Of a stretch of 64,000 bases of DNA, positions 10,421 to 21,706 are shown piece after piece; the first letter of the stretch is position 1, and each line of letters begins with the position of its first letter. The stretch covers positions 24,714-88,713 of the forward strand of contig CAZZBK010000006.1 in NCBI GenBank assembly GCA_964652155.1, read 5' to 3'. This DNA is from an uncultured Planctomycetaceae bacterium. GTDB lineage: Bacteria > Planctomycetota > Planctomycetia > Pirellulales > PNKZ01. Below the pieces are notes generated by a model. That model was not told where the DNA came from. It ran no database searches and saw only the letters and a program-made list of their open reading frames with translations. The position numbers were made by a program, and so were the translations under genes.

Positions 10421-13021
10421 TTAGTCGACGTACAAAAATGCGTTCGAGCTGATGAGCGCCTGGCAGAACGTGGCCAGCGCGTGCTCGGCGGGTTCCTTCG
10501 TCTTGAGCGTGGTCAACTCATGGGTCTGTTGCCGCACATATTCCGCCGCGGCGTCACGTTCGGCGGCCGACGGTGTCCGCCCCAGCGCCCGTCGCCAAGC
10601 CAGCGTGACCTGCGCCGCAATGTCTGCCGGATCGGCCGAGGCGATCACGCTGCGGGCAAAGACCTGCGACTGCTCGACCACGAACTCGTTGTTCATCAGC
10701 AGCAGCGATTGCGGCGCGACGGTCGACGAGTTGCGCAGCGTGCAGTTCGGCTCCAGGGCCGGTGCGTCGAACGTGTCGAGCATGGCCAGGGGCATCGAGC
10801 GGCGCACCTGCACGTACACGCTGCGGCGAAACTCCTCGCCGTTGAGCGGCACCTTTTTGCCGGTCGGCCGACCCGCCCCGTCACGCGTGTCGACCCCCAC
10901 GATGATCTGCCCCGCGTCGTCGGGCGTAACGGGCACGGCTTTCCCGTACAGCGAGCGATTCAGCTTGCCGCTGGCGGCCAGAATCGTGTCGCGAAGCGTC
11001 TCGGCCTCGAGTCGTCGGATCGACATCCGTCCCAGCAGTTGATTGTCGCCGTCAATGCGATCGAGTTCCATCGTGCGCCGCGACGACTGCCGATAGGCGG
11101 TCGAGTTCATCAAGAGACGGTGCATCCGCTTGAGCGTCCAGCCGCCACGAACAAAATCATCGGCAAGCCAGTCGAGCAATTCAGGATGCGAGGGGCGTTG
11201 CCCCAATGTGCCAAAGTCACCCGGCGTGGCGACGAGCCCGCGACCAAAGTGGTGCAACCAAACGCGATTGACAAACACCCGCGCCACGAGCGGGTGCTCG
11301 CCGCTGGTCAAGTGTCGGGCATAGGCCAAGCGTCGACCGCTCGTCTTGAGCGGCTCGCTGGTCGAGAGGGACAACGTCTCGCCCAGCACGGACAATTCGC
11401 CGGGGGCAATCTCTTGGCGCGGGGCGTTAAAGTCGCCGCGGAAGAATAAATGCGTCGGCGGCACCTTGCCCGGCACCTCGGTTAAACACTGCGCGTAATC
11501 GTCGACGGGCCGACGCTTCTTGACCGCGTCGATCTGCTCACCGAACCGCTTGGCGATTGCGTCGTAGCCCGGTTTGTCGTTGCGATCGAGCAGCCCGATG
11601 GGGATGTTCGCCTTGGGGTATTCGGTGAGCAGCTTTTTCTGCTCGGCAGAGCGTTTCGCGACGGGGGTTTTGGCCGCGACGCGAATTTTGTCCTTGAGCG
11701 CGTCATCGAGGTTGGCGATCGTTTTTTCGCGGATGCTGTCGATGAGCTGTTCCCACTCGGCAAGCCGTTGCTTCTCAAGCTCTTTCACCTGGGCATCGCA
11801 TTCGGACGCGAGCTTGCGCTGCTCGTCGGTCCAGAGCGAGATGAGCCGAGAAGCCGGGTTACGCCAGTTCTTCCAGTCGAGCGCCGGCTCGAAAATGGCC
11901 CGCAGGCGGTAATAATCGTCTTGCGTGATCGGGTCGTAGCGGTGCGAGTGACACTGGGCGCAGCCCACCGTCAACCCCAAGAGCGAGGTGCTGACGACTT
12001 TGATCGTTTCGGCAATCACGTCGTTACGGGCAACATTCTGATCAGCGGCGTCACTGGTGCCGTCGGGGGCCATGCGCAAGAAACCGGTCGCCACGAGCTT
12101 CTCGGCTTGTTCGCTTGTTAGGTTTGTGTACGGCGGCGGAATCAACTCGTCGCCGGCGAGTTGCTCGACAAGCAACTCATTCCACGGGCGATCGGCATTG
12201 AACGCGCGGATCACATAGTCGCGGTACTTGAAGGACCATTTGCGCTCGAGGTCTTTGTCGTTGTACCCTTCGCTGTCGGCATAGCCGGCCACGTCGAGCC
12301 AATGTCGCCCCCAACGCTCGCCATAGTGGGGCGACTCGAGCAGCCGATCGACGAGTTGCTCAAAGGCGTCAGGGCGAGAATCGTTAATGAAGGCGTCGAT
12401 CTCGTCGGGCGTCGGCGGCAAACCGAGCAAGTCGAACGTCGCGCGGCGGATCAGCGTGACCCGATCGGCCTCGCTTGAGAACCGCGCCGATTTCGCTTCG
12501 AGCTTGTGGAGCAAAAAGGCGTCGATCGGCGAACGAACAAGTTGCGGCTGCTTGACCTTGGGCAATGCCGGTTGCTGGACCTTCTGCAATGACCAGTGCG
12601 CGCGTTCTTCCTCGGTGAACGCAGTGGCGGAGATCTCGTTAGGCTCGCTGCGGACGGTCTGTGCCCCTTCGTCGATCCAGCGGGCGATGCGAGCTCGTTG
12701 CTGGGTACTGAGCTTATTGTCCCCCGGGGGCATCTCGCCCGAGTTGATCTTCTGCCAGAGCAGGCTCAGGTCATGCCTGCCCGAGACAATGGCCGGGCCG
12801 GAATCACCCCCTCGCAGCATCGACCGAACCAATCGCAGGTCGAGTTTCGCTTCGAGCTCGTCTGCTTCGCCGTGGCAGTGGAAACAGTTGGCCTTGAGGA
12901 TTGGCCGGATGTGGGTCTCGTATTTGAGCGGTTTCGCGTCGGGGTCGGCACTCTCGACGGCGGCGAGCGGTGCCAGGCAAGCCAGCCACAACAGACAGCA
13001 AAGTTTCGTGGGTCGCAGCAT
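10421..13021 (-). CDS. PSD1 / planctomycete cytochrome c protein (DUF1549 + DUF1553)
   Basis: [37 protein letters not shown] and HPELLDWLA motifs; alternative start at 13084. Confidence 0.92.
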   Translation of the reverse strand: MLRPTKLCCLLWLACLAPLAAVESADPDAKPLKYETHIRPILKANCFHCHGEADELEAKLDLRLVRSMLRGGDSGPAIVSGRHDLSLLWQKINSGEMPPGDNKLSTQQRARIARWIDEGAQTVRSEPNEISATAFTEEERAHWSLQKVQQPALPKVKQPQLVRSPIDAFLLHKLEAKSARFSSEADRVTLIRRATFDLLGLPPTPDEIDAFINDSRPDAFEQLVDRLLESPHYGERWGRHWLDVAGYADSEGYNDKDLERKWSFKYRDYVIRAFNADRPWNELLVEQLAGDELIPPPYTNLTSEQAEKLVATGFLRMAPDGTSDAADQNVARNDVIAETIKVVSTSLLGLTVGCAQCHSHRYDPITQDDYYRLRAIFEPALDWKNWRNPASRLISLWTDEQRKLASECDAQVKELEKQRLAEWEQLIDSIREKTIANLDDALKDKIRVAAKTPVAKRSAEQKKLLTEYPKANIPIGLLDRNDKPGYDAIAKRFGEQIDAVKKRRPVDDYAQCLTEVPGKVPPTHLFFRGDFNAPRQEIAPGELSVLGETLSLSTSEPLKTSGRRLAYARHLTSGEHPLVARVFVNRVWLHHFGRGLVATPGDFGTLGQRPSHPELLDWLADDFVRGGWTLKRMHRLLMNSTAYRQSSRRTMELDRIDGDNQLLGRMSIRRLEAETLRDTILAASGKLNRSLYGKAVPVTPDDAGQIIVGVDTRDGAGRPTGKKVPLNGEEFRRSVYVQVRRSMPLAMLDTFDAPALEPNCTLRNSSTVAPQSLLLMNNEFVVEQSQVFARSVIASADPADIAAQVTLAWRRALGRTPSAAERDAAAEYVRQQTHELTTLKTKEPAEHALATFCQALISSNAFLYVD

Positions 13022-13190
13022 GGTGGGCACTCGATCTGCGGCGGGCAGGGTGGCGCTAGGCTGGGGAGGGACCGGCGCGCTCAAGTGACACGCCCGGCGA
13101 CGGTTGCGCCGTCCGAGCTATTATCCCCGGCTGCGCAGCGCGTGGCAACGGAGAATTTCGCCACCCCCCCAACATGGGTCCGTGTCGATC

Positions 13191-13943
13191 TCAGCCACGC
13201 CCGACCAGAGGCATTTTGGTGGCCATCACGGTCAGGAACAGCACGTTGGCGTCGAGGGGCAAGCTGGCCATGGTGCTCACGGCGCGAGCGACGTTCGTGA
13301 CGTCCATGGTCGGCTCTGGGGCGAGCGTGCCGTTGGCCTGTCGCACGCCGCTCTTCATCCGCTCGGTCAAATCGGTGGCCGCGTTGCCAATGTCGATTTG
13401 TCCGCAGGCGATATCGAAGGGCCGGCCGTCGAGCGCGGCCGACTTGGTGAGCCCCGAGATGGCGTGCTTGGTGGCGGTGTAGGGGGCCGAGTCGGGTCGC
13501 GGCGTTTGAGCCGAGATCGAGCCGTTGTTGATGATCCGCCCGCCGCGCGGCGACTGGGCCTTCATGACCCGAAACGCCTCGCGCAGGCAGTAGAACGCCC
13601 CCGACAGATTCACATCGACGACGCGCCGCCACTGTTCGATCGACAACTCGTCGAGCGGCACGGGGGGCGCGCCCATGCCGGCGTTGTTGAAGAGCAGATC
13701 GAGTCGGCCGAACTCTTTGAGCGTCGCGTCGAACAAGGCCCGCACCGCGTCGGGGTCGGCGACATCGGTGGGCACGGAGAGCGTTCGCTCGGCCGCCGCG
13801 CCGGACAGCGTGGCCGTTTCGCGCAGCGCCTCGAGACGCCGTCCCGCCAAGGTGACCGCGTACCCCTCGCTGAGCAACTGCAAGGCGACGGCCCGACCAA
13901 TGCCTGAGCCCGCGCCGGTCACGATGGCAATTTTTGGATTCAT
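13191..13943 (-). CDS. SDR family oxidoreductase
   Basis: [12 protein letters not shown] and YTATK motifs. Confidence 0.92.
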   Translation of the reverse strand: MNPKIAIVTGAGSGIGRAVALQLLSEGYAVTLAGRRLEALRETATLSGAAAERTLSVPTDVADPDAVRALFDATLKEFGRLDLLFNNAGMGAPPVPLDELSIEQWRRVVDVNLSGAFYCLREAFRVMKAQSPRGGRIINNGSISAQTPRPDSAPYTATKHAISGLTKSAALDGRPFDIACGQIDIGNAATDLTERMKSGVRQANGTLAPEPTMDVTNVARAVSTMASLPLDANVLFLTVMATKMPLVGRG

Positions 13944-13944
13944 G

Positions 13945-15204
13945 TTACACTTCGCTGACGGTGCCGTTGCTCGCGCCGAACGTGTCGGCCTCGATGTCGA
14001 GTTGCTGCATCATGCGGACGAACAGATTCGACAGCAGCTTGTTATGCGCCCGATCGTACGCGACATGCCCTTGATGCTTGAACTGGCCGCCAGCGAGGAT
14101 GATTGGCAGATTGTTGTTGTCGTGCGACGACGAGTTGCCCAGGTTGCTGGCGTAAAACACGGCCGTCTGAGCGAGCAGATTTTGGTCGCGCTCGGTGGTT
14201 TGCTTGAGCTTCTCAAGAAACTCGCCGAAGAGGCGGATCTCGGCCTCCTCGATGAGGGCAAGTTGTTCGAGCTTGGTGGGCTCCTGGCCGTGATGCGAGG
14301 CATCGTGATGCGCGATCGTGACGCCGTCGATCTCGGGCCGCTCTTGCGAACCGAGCCACAACGAGATGACGCGGGTCGAGTCGGTTTGCAGCGCCAGATG
14401 TACGATGTCGTACCATTGTCGCGAACGCTGCAACAGTTGCGGGCCGCCGTAATCGACCGTGGGGACTGGTACCTCGACCTGCGGCTTAGGCGTTTTCCCC
14501 CAGCGTTCGTCCTGCTGTAAACGTTGCTCGGCCTCGCGGACCGACGACAGGTATAAGTCCAACCGCTGGCGGTCGGCGGTGCTCAGCTTGCCGCTGATCG
14601 ACTGCACTTGGTCACGCACGTCGTCGAGGATGCTCTGCCCATCTTGTACGCGGCGCATTTCACGGGCTTCCTCTTGGGGAGTGCCGCGAATGAAGAGTTG
14701 CTTGAAGACCTGTGTGGCCCGCTGTTGCGAGGGGATGCGGACCCCGCGCCGATTCCAGGCCACATCGCCGCCGCCAAGCACCAACGACGCGAAGCGAGTA
14801 TCGCTGCCGATGCGTGAAGCGACCTCCTGATCGAGCGAGATGCCATTGCGAATTTCATTGGGACGAATGTGGTCGGGGCTCACGCCGGTGAGCAGCGCGC
14901 ACTCGGCAAAGTGCCCGGCCGCGTATCGATGCGACATGCCCGAGAAGACCGTGAACTGTTCGCGGTGCGGCTCGAGCAGCTTCATGTACCGGCTCGGCTC
15001 GTAGTCGCGGCCGGCTTGCTCGGGAAAAAAGTACGGCGCGTACATGCCGAGCGGCTGACCGACGAGCACCATTCGCTTCGGTGACGCCGCGGCCGCGCTA
15101 GCCCGGGCAACAATGGCGGGCGTCATGGCATCGAGCAACGGCAGTGCGATGGCCACGCCCGACGAGCGGAGGAACAATCGGCGATCGAGGGGCTGATAGG
15201 GCAT
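13945..15204 (-). CDS. DUF1552 domain protein (Tat signal)
   Basis: [40 protein letters not shown] and [10 protein letters not shown] motifs. Confidence 0.9.
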   Translation of the reverse strand: MPYQPLDRRLFLRSSGVAIALPLLDAMTPAIVARASAAAASPKRMVLVGQPLGMYAPYFFPEQAGRDYEPSRYMKLLEPHREQFTVFSGMSHRYAAGHFAECALLTGVSPDHIRPNEIRNGISLDQEVASRIGSDTRFASLVLGGGDVAWNRRGVRIPSQQRATQVFKQLFIRGTPQEEAREMRRVQDGQSILDDVRDQVQSISGKLSTADRQRLDLYLSSVREAEQRLQQDERWGKTPKPQVEVPVPTVDYGGPQLLQRSRQWYDIVHLALQTDSTRVISLWLGSQERPEIDGVTIAHHDASHHGQEPTKLEQLALIEEAEIRLFGEFLEKLKQTTERDQNLLAQTAVFYASNLGNSSSHDNNNLPIILAGGQFKHQGHVAYDRAHNKLLSNLFVRMMQQLDIEADTFGASNGTVSEV

Positions 15205-15234
15205 GATGCTCTCCCGGCGGTCAATGACGGCGGC

Positions 15235-17748
15235 TTATTTATGCAAAAACACTCGGCTTTGCACGACTTGGTGGACGAGCGTGCGGAGGCCATAACTCTT
15301 ATGCTTCAGGGTGTCCACGATCTGCTCGACGACCTCGCGGTCGGCAAACTGGATATCGGCCCCCGTGGCGTAGATCAGTAGTTTTTCGGTCAGGCTGCGT
15401 GCCAACTGGTCCTTGTCGGCCAACAGCAACTTTTTGAACTCATCGATGTCGGCAAACGGCTGCCCATCGTGGGTGACGCCCCCTTGCTCGACGTTCGGAC
15501 CACGGTAGAAGGCGCGACCCGTGTAGTTGGGCAACTGCACAATGCCGCCGGGGGTGCGGGCCGAGGCCCGATAAAAATCCCGCCAGCCACCAATGGGGTC
15601 GAACGACTCGAGCGCGAAGCCCGGCGGGTCGATGTGCTTGTGACACGCGGCGCAGGCCGCAACGTTGCGATGCTTGTCGAGCTGCTCGCGAATGGTGGTC
15701 GCGCCGCGAATGTCGGGCTCGATCGACGGGACGTCCGGCGGTGGTGGCGAGGGGGGCTTGCCGACAATCCGCTCCAACACCCATTTGCCGCGCAACACCG
15801 GCGAGGTGCGCGTGCCATCGGCCGTCACCTTGAGCACGCTGGCGTGGGTCATCACGCCACCGCGATGCGAGCCCTCGGGCAGCGTCACCTTGCGCAGCGC
15901 ATTGCCGCTCACCCCCGCAATGCCGTAATGCCGCGCCAAGCGCTCGTTGAGTATCGTCCAATCCGAGTCGACAAACTCCAACACGCTCCGATCGTTGCGG
16001 AGCACTTCGTCGAAGAATAGGTACGTTTCGCGGGGCATCGCCCAGAGCAGCGTGCCGTCGAAATCACCGTACAATTGCGGATCGGGGATCGTGGCGTCGA
16101 TCTTGCGCAGCTCAAGCCACTGACCCACAAAATTCTGCGTCAGGCGCTCTGCGCGAGGGTCGTTCAATAGCCGCTCGACCTGGGAGTGCAAGACCTGCGG
16201 CTGGCGCAGCTCGCCCCGAGCGGCGAGCGCGAGCAGTTCGGCGTCGGGCAAGGTCGACCACAAAAAGTACGACAGTCGTGCCGCGAGCGCGTAGTCGTCC
16301 AACTGTGTCAGCGGGCGCGGCCTGTTGGTCGCCGATGCCGCCGCGGTCGACTCAAGCATGAGCAAAAAATGCGGCGATGACAGGATCGACTTGTAACCGT
16401 AGAGCATGGAGTCGAAGAACGTGTATTGTTCGTCGAGCTTGGCATGCACGCGCTGCACGTACTTCCGCTGCAACTCTTCGCTCACCGGGCGACGAAAAGC
16501 CCGGGGGAGAAAATCTCGGATCAGCCGCTCCGCGTCCTGCTTGGGTTGGGCCGAGACGGGCACGAGCGGATCAGACAACCAATTCTGTTCGGATCGGTTG
16601 ACCTGAATCGTCGGCGGTTTCTTCCCCGCGCGCTCGGCCTCGGCCACCGACCGGGCCTTGAGCGGCACGCCGGCAAACACCGTCTCGTAACTCGGCGGCG
16701 GGTAGGCGTTGATCGGGCCATCGATCTGCAGCCACTCGACGTGCAAGCCCGGGCCCGTGTACTCCTCGATGGGCTTCTTGAACGCGCGAATGTCCCAGAG
16801 GTTGAGAAAGTTGACGACGAATTGCTGCCGCCGCTGGAGATCGATCTCAAACTCGACGATCTGCGGCGGGCCATGGGGGATGTCGCGCAACTCTCGCACG
16901 ACGGCGTCTTCGCGGCCGCTCGACTCGACGACCATGAACGCGGCCGGAACCGCCTGCTTGCTCTCGCCCACCGCGCCAATCGACATCCGCACGCGATAGC
17001 GCCCCGCCGTGGTCACCGGCGCCGTCGAGCACAAGCCATAACGGGGCAATTTGCTGTAGATGATCAGCCCGTCCCCTTCGAGACGGCAGCTGCGCGTGAG
17101 CGTCTGCCGAAAGTTGGGCCCCTTCTCGGAGATCTCTCGACCCGTGCGGCGATCGTTGAACGCAATGGGCGGATGAGCCGGAATGGCCGACATGATCGCC
17201 CGCTCGGCCGCCTCCTGATACATCAGCAAATGGGTCGCCGACACCTCGAGCGCCGCGCTCACGTTGTCGAACCCCGCCGCACTGTTGTCGTCGGGCAGCA
17301 GGTCCTTGACCGTCACGCGAGTCTGCAACAGATCGCGGAGCGTGTTCTCGTATTCGGTCCCGTTGAGTCGGCGGACCACGACGCGTCCTTGAGTCTGCTG
17401 CCGCTCGAGTGACGCGGCGTGCAATGACTGCCGGAGCGAGTGAATGGTGCGATCGATCTCGGCTTGCGGCGGACGCGGTGACGATTCAGGAGGCATCTCC
17501 CCCGCCTTGAGCTTGTCGTGAACTCGGACCCACGTGGCCAGTGTCCGTTCGTCGCGCAAATCGGTTCCCAACGTGTCGAGCCGCAAGGCGGCGCGTGGCG
17601 TGTCGGGGCCATGACAGTCGAGGCAGTGGGCCGTCACAAGCGGCTTGACCGCGCGGGTCAGTGTGTCTGCCGTGTCCTGAGCTTGGGACAACCGTGTCGC
17701 AGCACACAGCAACATCACGAACAGGGGGCAGTGAGCAAGGCGATTCAT
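15235..17748 (-). CDS. DUF1592/DUF1588/DUF1587/DUF1595/DUF1585 diheme cytochrome c protein
   Basis: CLDCH, RRLNGTEYENT, RLSYFLWST, TSPVLRGKW and CAACHKHIDPPG motifs; alternative start at 17763. Confidence 0.92.
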   Translation of the reverse strand: MNRLAHCPLFVMLLCAATRLSQAQDTADTLTRAVKPLVTAHCLDCHGPDTPRAALRLDTLGTDLRDERTLATWVRVHDKLKAGEMPPESSPRPPQAEIDRTIHSLRQSLHAASLERQQTQGRVVVRRLNGTEYENTLRDLLQTRVTVKDLLPDDNSAAGFDNVSAALEVSATHLLMYQEAAERAIMSAIPAHPPIAFNDRRTGREISEKGPNFRQTLTRSCRLEGDGLIIYSKLPRYGLCSTAPVTTAGRYRVRMSIGAVGESKQAVPAAFMVVESSGREDAVVRELRDIPHGPPQIVEFEIDLQRRQQFVVNFLNLWDIRAFKKPIEEYTGPGLHVEWLQIDGPINAYPPPSYETVFAGVPLKARSVAEAERAGKKPPTIQVNRSEQNWLSDPLVPVSAQPKQDAERLIRDFLPRAFRRPVSEELQRKYVQRVHAKLDEQYTFFDSMLYGYKSILSSPHFLLMLESTAAASATNRPRPLTQLDDYALAARLSYFLWSTLPDAELLALAARGELRQPQVLHSQVERLLNDPRAERLTQNFVGQWLELRKIDATIPDPQLYGDFDGTLLWAMPRETYLFFDEVLRNDRSVLEFVDSDWTILNERLARHYGIAGVSGNALRKVTLPEGSHRGGVMTHASVLKVTADGTRTSPVLRGKWVLERIVGKPPSPPPPDVPSIEPDIRGATTIREQLDKHRNVAACAACHKHIDPPGFALESFDPIGGWRDFYRASARTPGGIVQLPNYTGRAFYRGPNVEQGGVTHDGQPFADIDEFKKLLLADKDQLARSLTEKLLIYATGADIQFADREVVEQIVDTLKHKSYGLRTLVHQVVQSRVFLHK

Positions 17749-17867
17749 GCAGCACATCGGCAAGCAAACTGGCGGGTGGAAGGCAAGTCTCTATTCTAGG
17801 TCGACGAGCCCACAAGCCGCAAGACACCAGCCCCGCACCCAACTCAAGGAGAATTGCAGAGTCAACT

Positions 17868-17984
17868 GGGTAGCCCCGACCACTCGTTGTCGGGGTCGCG
17901 CTAGCGACAAGCGGCGAGGCTTAGTCAAGCTTCCAAGCCCTCTTATGGCTTCGCCACCCAGACAACAAGTTGTCTGGGCCACCC
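17868..17984. repeat. REP-like doublet (GGGTGGCCCAGACAAC family)
   Basis: gggtagccccgaccactcgttgtcggggt and inverted cacccagacaacaagttgtctgggccaccc, each a hairpin; a third copy lies at 33116-33147. Confidence 0.75.
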
Positions 17985-18017
17985 TCATAACAACTTTGCA
18001 GTCGGCCTACATCCGAC

Positions 18018-19079
18018 TCAGAAATGCTCGCGTGCATAGCGGATGCACGTGAGGATGTTATCCGCCTCGGCCCGCAACTGCTCGACGTGCGACAGAGCGC
18101 TGATCCGCGACAGAGGGGTCTTGGATTGCTGTTGTCGGACGAGAGCCAACATCGCCGCCAGCTCGTTGCCCCGCACCTGCGACATCGTCGCCCAGTACTT
18201 GCGGGTCAAGCATGGGATGCGGAGCGGATCGCGGGTAATCATTTCCAAATTCAATCGCACGTTGGGTCGCGCTTTGCGCACCAGCTCAACGACCCGACGC
18301 TGATCGACGATCCCCGCGCCGAACGGAACCTCGGCGAGCAAGAAGCCGTCGTCGCTCTCGGCGACCGCCATGTCCTTTAGATGCGTCGTCAACGTCCAGG
18401 GGGCATACGCCTCGACGACCGCATAGGGCTCTTCCAGCAGCGCCATGCTGTTGCCCGTATCGAGACAGACGCCGACGAACTCGCTGCTCATGCGGCGCAA
18501 CACTCCGACGAGTTCGTCGACTCGCCAGTCCTTGTGGTTCTCGATCGCCAAACGTATCGCGTGCCGCTTGGCAATCGGCTCAGCGCGCGTGAGCGCCTCC
18601 CAACTCGCTTGAGCGAACGTGGCAAACTGCTCGGCCGAGTCATAAACCTCGTAGCGCCGCCCGCTCATGCAGACGGTGCGCAGCACGGTCGCCCCCACGT
18701 GCTTGGCGGCCAACAGCTCGGCCTCGAACCGGCTCACGTCGGCCTCGCTCTTGGGCAGAGCGATGGTCCCCTCGATGTACATGCCGTGCCGCTCGAGCGT
18801 GTCGCGGAGGGCTTTCAAGTCGGCCGTGTCACCGGCGGGAATGCGGGTCTGCACGCCCGGCGCGCCGATCGTGGCCGCGTACTCGACAAACGCCCGGGCG
18901 TCGGCGATCGGACCGAACTCGGGGGGCAACGGTCGACCGTGTCGCACCCAATAGGAATGGACCACGAGCCCGAGCTTGTGCCGCGCGGGGTTCGAGTCGG
19001 CGGCGAATGCCTCTCCGGCAGCGAACGCGAGGGGCGTCAGTACGGCGGCCTGGAGCAGTTCACGTCGTTGCAGTTTCAT
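18018..19079 (-). CDS. Sugar phosphate isomerase/epimerase (xylose isomerase-like TIM barrel), Tat signal
   Basis: QRRELL twin-arginine, IENHKD, LDTGN, HLKD and LEMITR metal-ligand motifs. Confidence 0.85.
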   Translation of the reverse strand: MKLQRRELLQAAVLTPLAFAAGEAFAADSNPARHKLGLVVHSYWVRHGRPLPPEFGPIADARAFVEYAATIGAPGVQTRIPAGDTADLKALRDTLERHGMYIEGTIALPKSEADVSRFEAELLAAKHVGATVLRTVCMSGRRYEVYDSAEQFATFAQASWEALTRAEPIAKRHAIRLAIENHKDWRVDELVGVLRRMSSEFVGVCLDTGNSMALLEEPYAVVEAYAPWTLTTHLKDMAVAESDDGFLLAEVPFGAGIVDQRRVVELVRKARPNVRLNLEMITRDPLRIPCLTRKYWATMSQVRGNELAAMLALVRQQQSKTPLSRISALSHVEQLRAEADNILTCIRYAREHF

Positions 19080-19100
19080 GATCGTTGCGGGAGTGAAGGG

Positions 19101-20534
19101 TTACGAAACGTTCAATGCCCGTAGCTGAGCATCCCACGGCGCGCGGTACGGTCGCACGAGTTGAGCGTTGGCCTCGGCGTCGTCGACGATCGATTCGGAC
19201 GCGGCATCCCAGCGCACGGCGCGACCGAGCCGCAACGAAATGTTCGCCAGATGACACTGCGTGCTCACGCGATGCGCGCTCTCCAGGTCGGAGATGGGCG
19301 TGGCGCGCGACTTGACGCAGTCGAGAAAATTCCGGACGTGCAACGTGAACTGCTCCTGCTCCGTGCCGCTGCGGTCCTCGACGCTCTCGGTCCACCACTC
19401 GACCGGCCCGGTCGATGGTTTTGATAACGGCCCTCCCACCGGGTGACCGGCGAACTGCGGCAGTCGACTCTCGGGGGGAACTTTTTTGTCGCCGACGATC
19501 GTGTAGCCCAGGCGGTTGATGGTCAGCGAGCCTTTGGTGCCGAAAAACTCGAGACCCCGCCCCGCGACACCCGCCGACGCCTCGCGATGATGCCAGGCGG
19601 TCGTGTAGCGCGGGCCGAGCGGGTCCGGCACCGCGGTCGAGTGGTTCGCGCGACGGTGCATGTCGTAGAGCGCGTCCTGCGTGTCGGGTGTTTCGCCGTT
19701 GTCCTGCAATAACCAGCGGCCGCCAACGCTCGTGACCGACCGCGGTTCGCCGCCGAGGCACCAATAGACGATGTCGAGACCGTGATGGCCGAGGTTCGTC
19801 ATCTGGCCGCCGGAGTAATCCCAAAACCAGCGAAAGTGATACAGCGCGCGATTCGGATTGTACGCGCGTCGTGGAGCCGGACCGAGGAACAGATCCCAAT
19901 CCAGATCAAGGGGCGGTTCGCCATCGGCTGGCTTGCCGAAGCCGGGCATCACGTTGCGATGCACATCCATGCGGACGGCATGAACCTGCCCGATCGCGCC
20001 GCCACGGATCAACTCACGCGCCCGTTGATAATGGAGCCCGCTCCGCTGCTGGGTGCCGACCTGCACGACTCGCTTGGTGCGCGAGGCGACGTCGACCATC
20101 CAGCGTCCTTCGCGCACGAACAGCGAGAGCGGCTTCTCGACATACACGTCCTTGAGTGCCGCGCAGGCGAGCATCGTCATGAGGGCATGCCAGTGGTCGG
20201 GCGTTGAAATCACGACGGCGTCGACCGCGCGATCGTCGAGCAGGTGGCGAAAGTCGCGGTAACCCCGAGCGCTCGAACCGATCAGGGCACGTCCCTCGTC
20301 CAGTCGGCCTTGATGAACCTCGCACACGGCCACGCCTTGCACATCTTTCTGTGCTTGAAAATCGAGCACATGCCGCTTGCCGATCAGCCCGAAGCCAATG
20401 TAGCCGACGCCGATGCGATCGTTTGCACCGAGCACGCGCGCATACGAACTTGCCGAGAGGGCGGCGACACTCAGCCCGGCGGCGAGAACGCCTCGGCGGT
20501 TGACATACGAGCGACGTGAGCGTTGGGGCTGCAT
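19101..20534 (-). CDS. Gfo/Idh/MocA family oxidoreductase, Tat signal
   Basis: NRRGVL, IGFGLIG, STPDHWH, YVEKP and QVGTQQRS motifs; the true start is MQPQR at 20534 and the longer ORF-track extension overlaps the next gene. Confidence 0.9.
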   Translation of the reverse strand: MQPQRSRRSYVNRRGVLAAGLSVAALSASSYARVLGANDRIGVGYIGFGLIGKRHVLDFQAQKDVQGVAVCEVHQGRLDEGRALIGSSARGYRDFRHLLDDRAVDAVVISTPDHWHALMTMLACAALKDVYVEKPLSLFVREGRWMVDVASRTKRVVQVGTQQRSGLHYQRARELIRGGAIGQVHAVRMDVHRNVMPGFGKPADGEPPLDLDWDLFLGPAPRRAYNPNRALYHFRWFWDYSGGQMTNLGHHGLDIVYWCLGGEPRSVTSVGGRWLLQDNGETPDTQDALYDMHRRANHSTAVPDPLGPRYTTAWHHREASAGVAGRGLEFFGTKGSLTINRLGYTIVGDKKVPPESRLPQFAGHPVGGPLSKPSTGPVEWWTESVEDRSGTEQEQFTLHVRNFLDCVKSRATPISDLESAHRVSTQCHLANISLRLGRAVRWDAASESIVDDAEANAQLVRPYRAPWDAQLRALNVS

Positions 20535-20572
20535 GGCGAATGACCCGTAAACTTCATGGTGAGACGCGCGAG

Positions 20573-21442
20573 TTACCGCTTCGCTTCGAGTTGCAAGAGC
20601 GCCTCGGCAAACCGCTTGCCGACATCGAGCGTGCCCGCCGTGTCGTAATGTGCGCTGTTGGCAATCGTGGCCGTCGCCGTGTCGACGTATGCACAGCGTG
20701 GCAGCTTCGAGGCCAAGGCCTGTTGCGCCTCGACAATCTTGGGCATGAACAGGTTCTTGCCGCCGCCAAAACGCGTGTTCACCGCAATGAGCGCGATCAG
20801 CTCGGGTGCCGCCAGGTCCTTGCGGAGCGCGGCGATCATCTCGCCCAGCGCCTGCTCGTATTTCGCCGCAGCGTTGGCGTTCGCGTCGCTCTCGCCCTGC
20901 ACCCACACGAGTGCCCGCAAGCGCAGCGTGACCTCTTTTTGCTTGGCGGCCGCGATCGCCTGCTGGGTCTCGCTCACGAGCGCGCGATAGCTCGAACCAC
21001 GCTCGCCCGGGTCGGTAGGGTTCCAATCTTGGGTCATCGAGGTGCCGCTGAACGCCGCCTTGACGATGGCCAACGGCTTTTGCTCTTGGGCTCGCAACGT
21101 GCGTGCCAAGCCGATCTCGGGACCAAAGCCGCCGTCGGCTTGGGCGAAGTTGCCGTATTGCCTCGCCACGCGGGGCGTCTTGTTGGGCATCCCCTTGGGC
21201 TGCGGCTGCAAGAAGGTCCATTTGCCCCCACTGGTCGAGTCGAACTCATCAGGCGGCGGGTCGCCGCACCGCCACCAGAACATGACCTCGCGATCACTCG
21301 CGTTGGCGGGCAACTCACTCGGCTTGGCGTCGTAGCCCACCGCGTTCGACTGTCCGGCAATCAGGATCAAATCGCGCGTCTCGGCCGCGAAGACGGCGCG
21401 CGACATGAGCAAACAAAGAATGACTACTCGTGCAAATGCCAT
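20573..21442 (-). CDS. SASA-domain (sialate O-acetylesterase/CE6-like) SGNH esterase
   Basis: IAGQSNA, FGPEIG, WVQGESD and C-terminal NSAHY motifs; signal peptide. Confidence 0.88.
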   Translation of the reverse strand: MAFARVVILCLLMSRAVFAAETRDLILIAGQSNAVGYDAKPSELPANASDREVMFWWRCGDPPPDEFDSTSGGKWTFLQPQPKGMPNKTPRVARQYGNFAQADGGFGPEIGLARTLRAQEQKPLAIVKAAFSGTSMTQDWNPTDPGERGSSYRALVSETQQAIAAAKQKEVTLRLRALVWVQGESDANANAAAKYEQALGEMIAALRKDLAAPELIALIAVNTRFGGGKNLFMPKIVEAQQALASKLPRCAYVDTATATIANSAHYDTAGTLDVGKRFAEALLQLEAKR

Positions 21443-21706
21443 GCTGCGTGTCCCGTGCTGAATGAATGATGTTCGCTTGAATAGCCCCTCTCGCCTTGAG
21501 CGAGAAAGGCAACGAGCATTTTAGCAGCGCGGCTGGACAAAGTGAAAAGCTTTATGGAGCGACCGATGCTCACTACGCCAGGCCGAGGTGACAATGATAT
21601 TCTACGACATAGGACAGCACTGGTTGTGGTGGGCGTTGGAATACCCTATCGTCAAAAAGAATTACGCCCTACCCCATGTCATCCAATCCGCAGCCGAGTA
21701 TTCACC

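Noticed and set aside
8707-10452. 581-aa plus-strand ORF and many other long antisense ORFs (e.g. 26692-28512, 34162-35499, 53130-54719)
   Set aside because: Shadow frames overlapping well-supported genes in high-GC DNA, with no recognisable motifs
19101-21221. 706-aa ORF suggesting an N-terminally extended oxidoreductase
   Set aside because: The extension overlaps the SASA esterase in another frame; the Tat signal marks the start at 20534
21485-21510. Weak hairpin gcccctctcgccttgagcgagaaaggc
   Set aside because: Imperfect and single copy in the window
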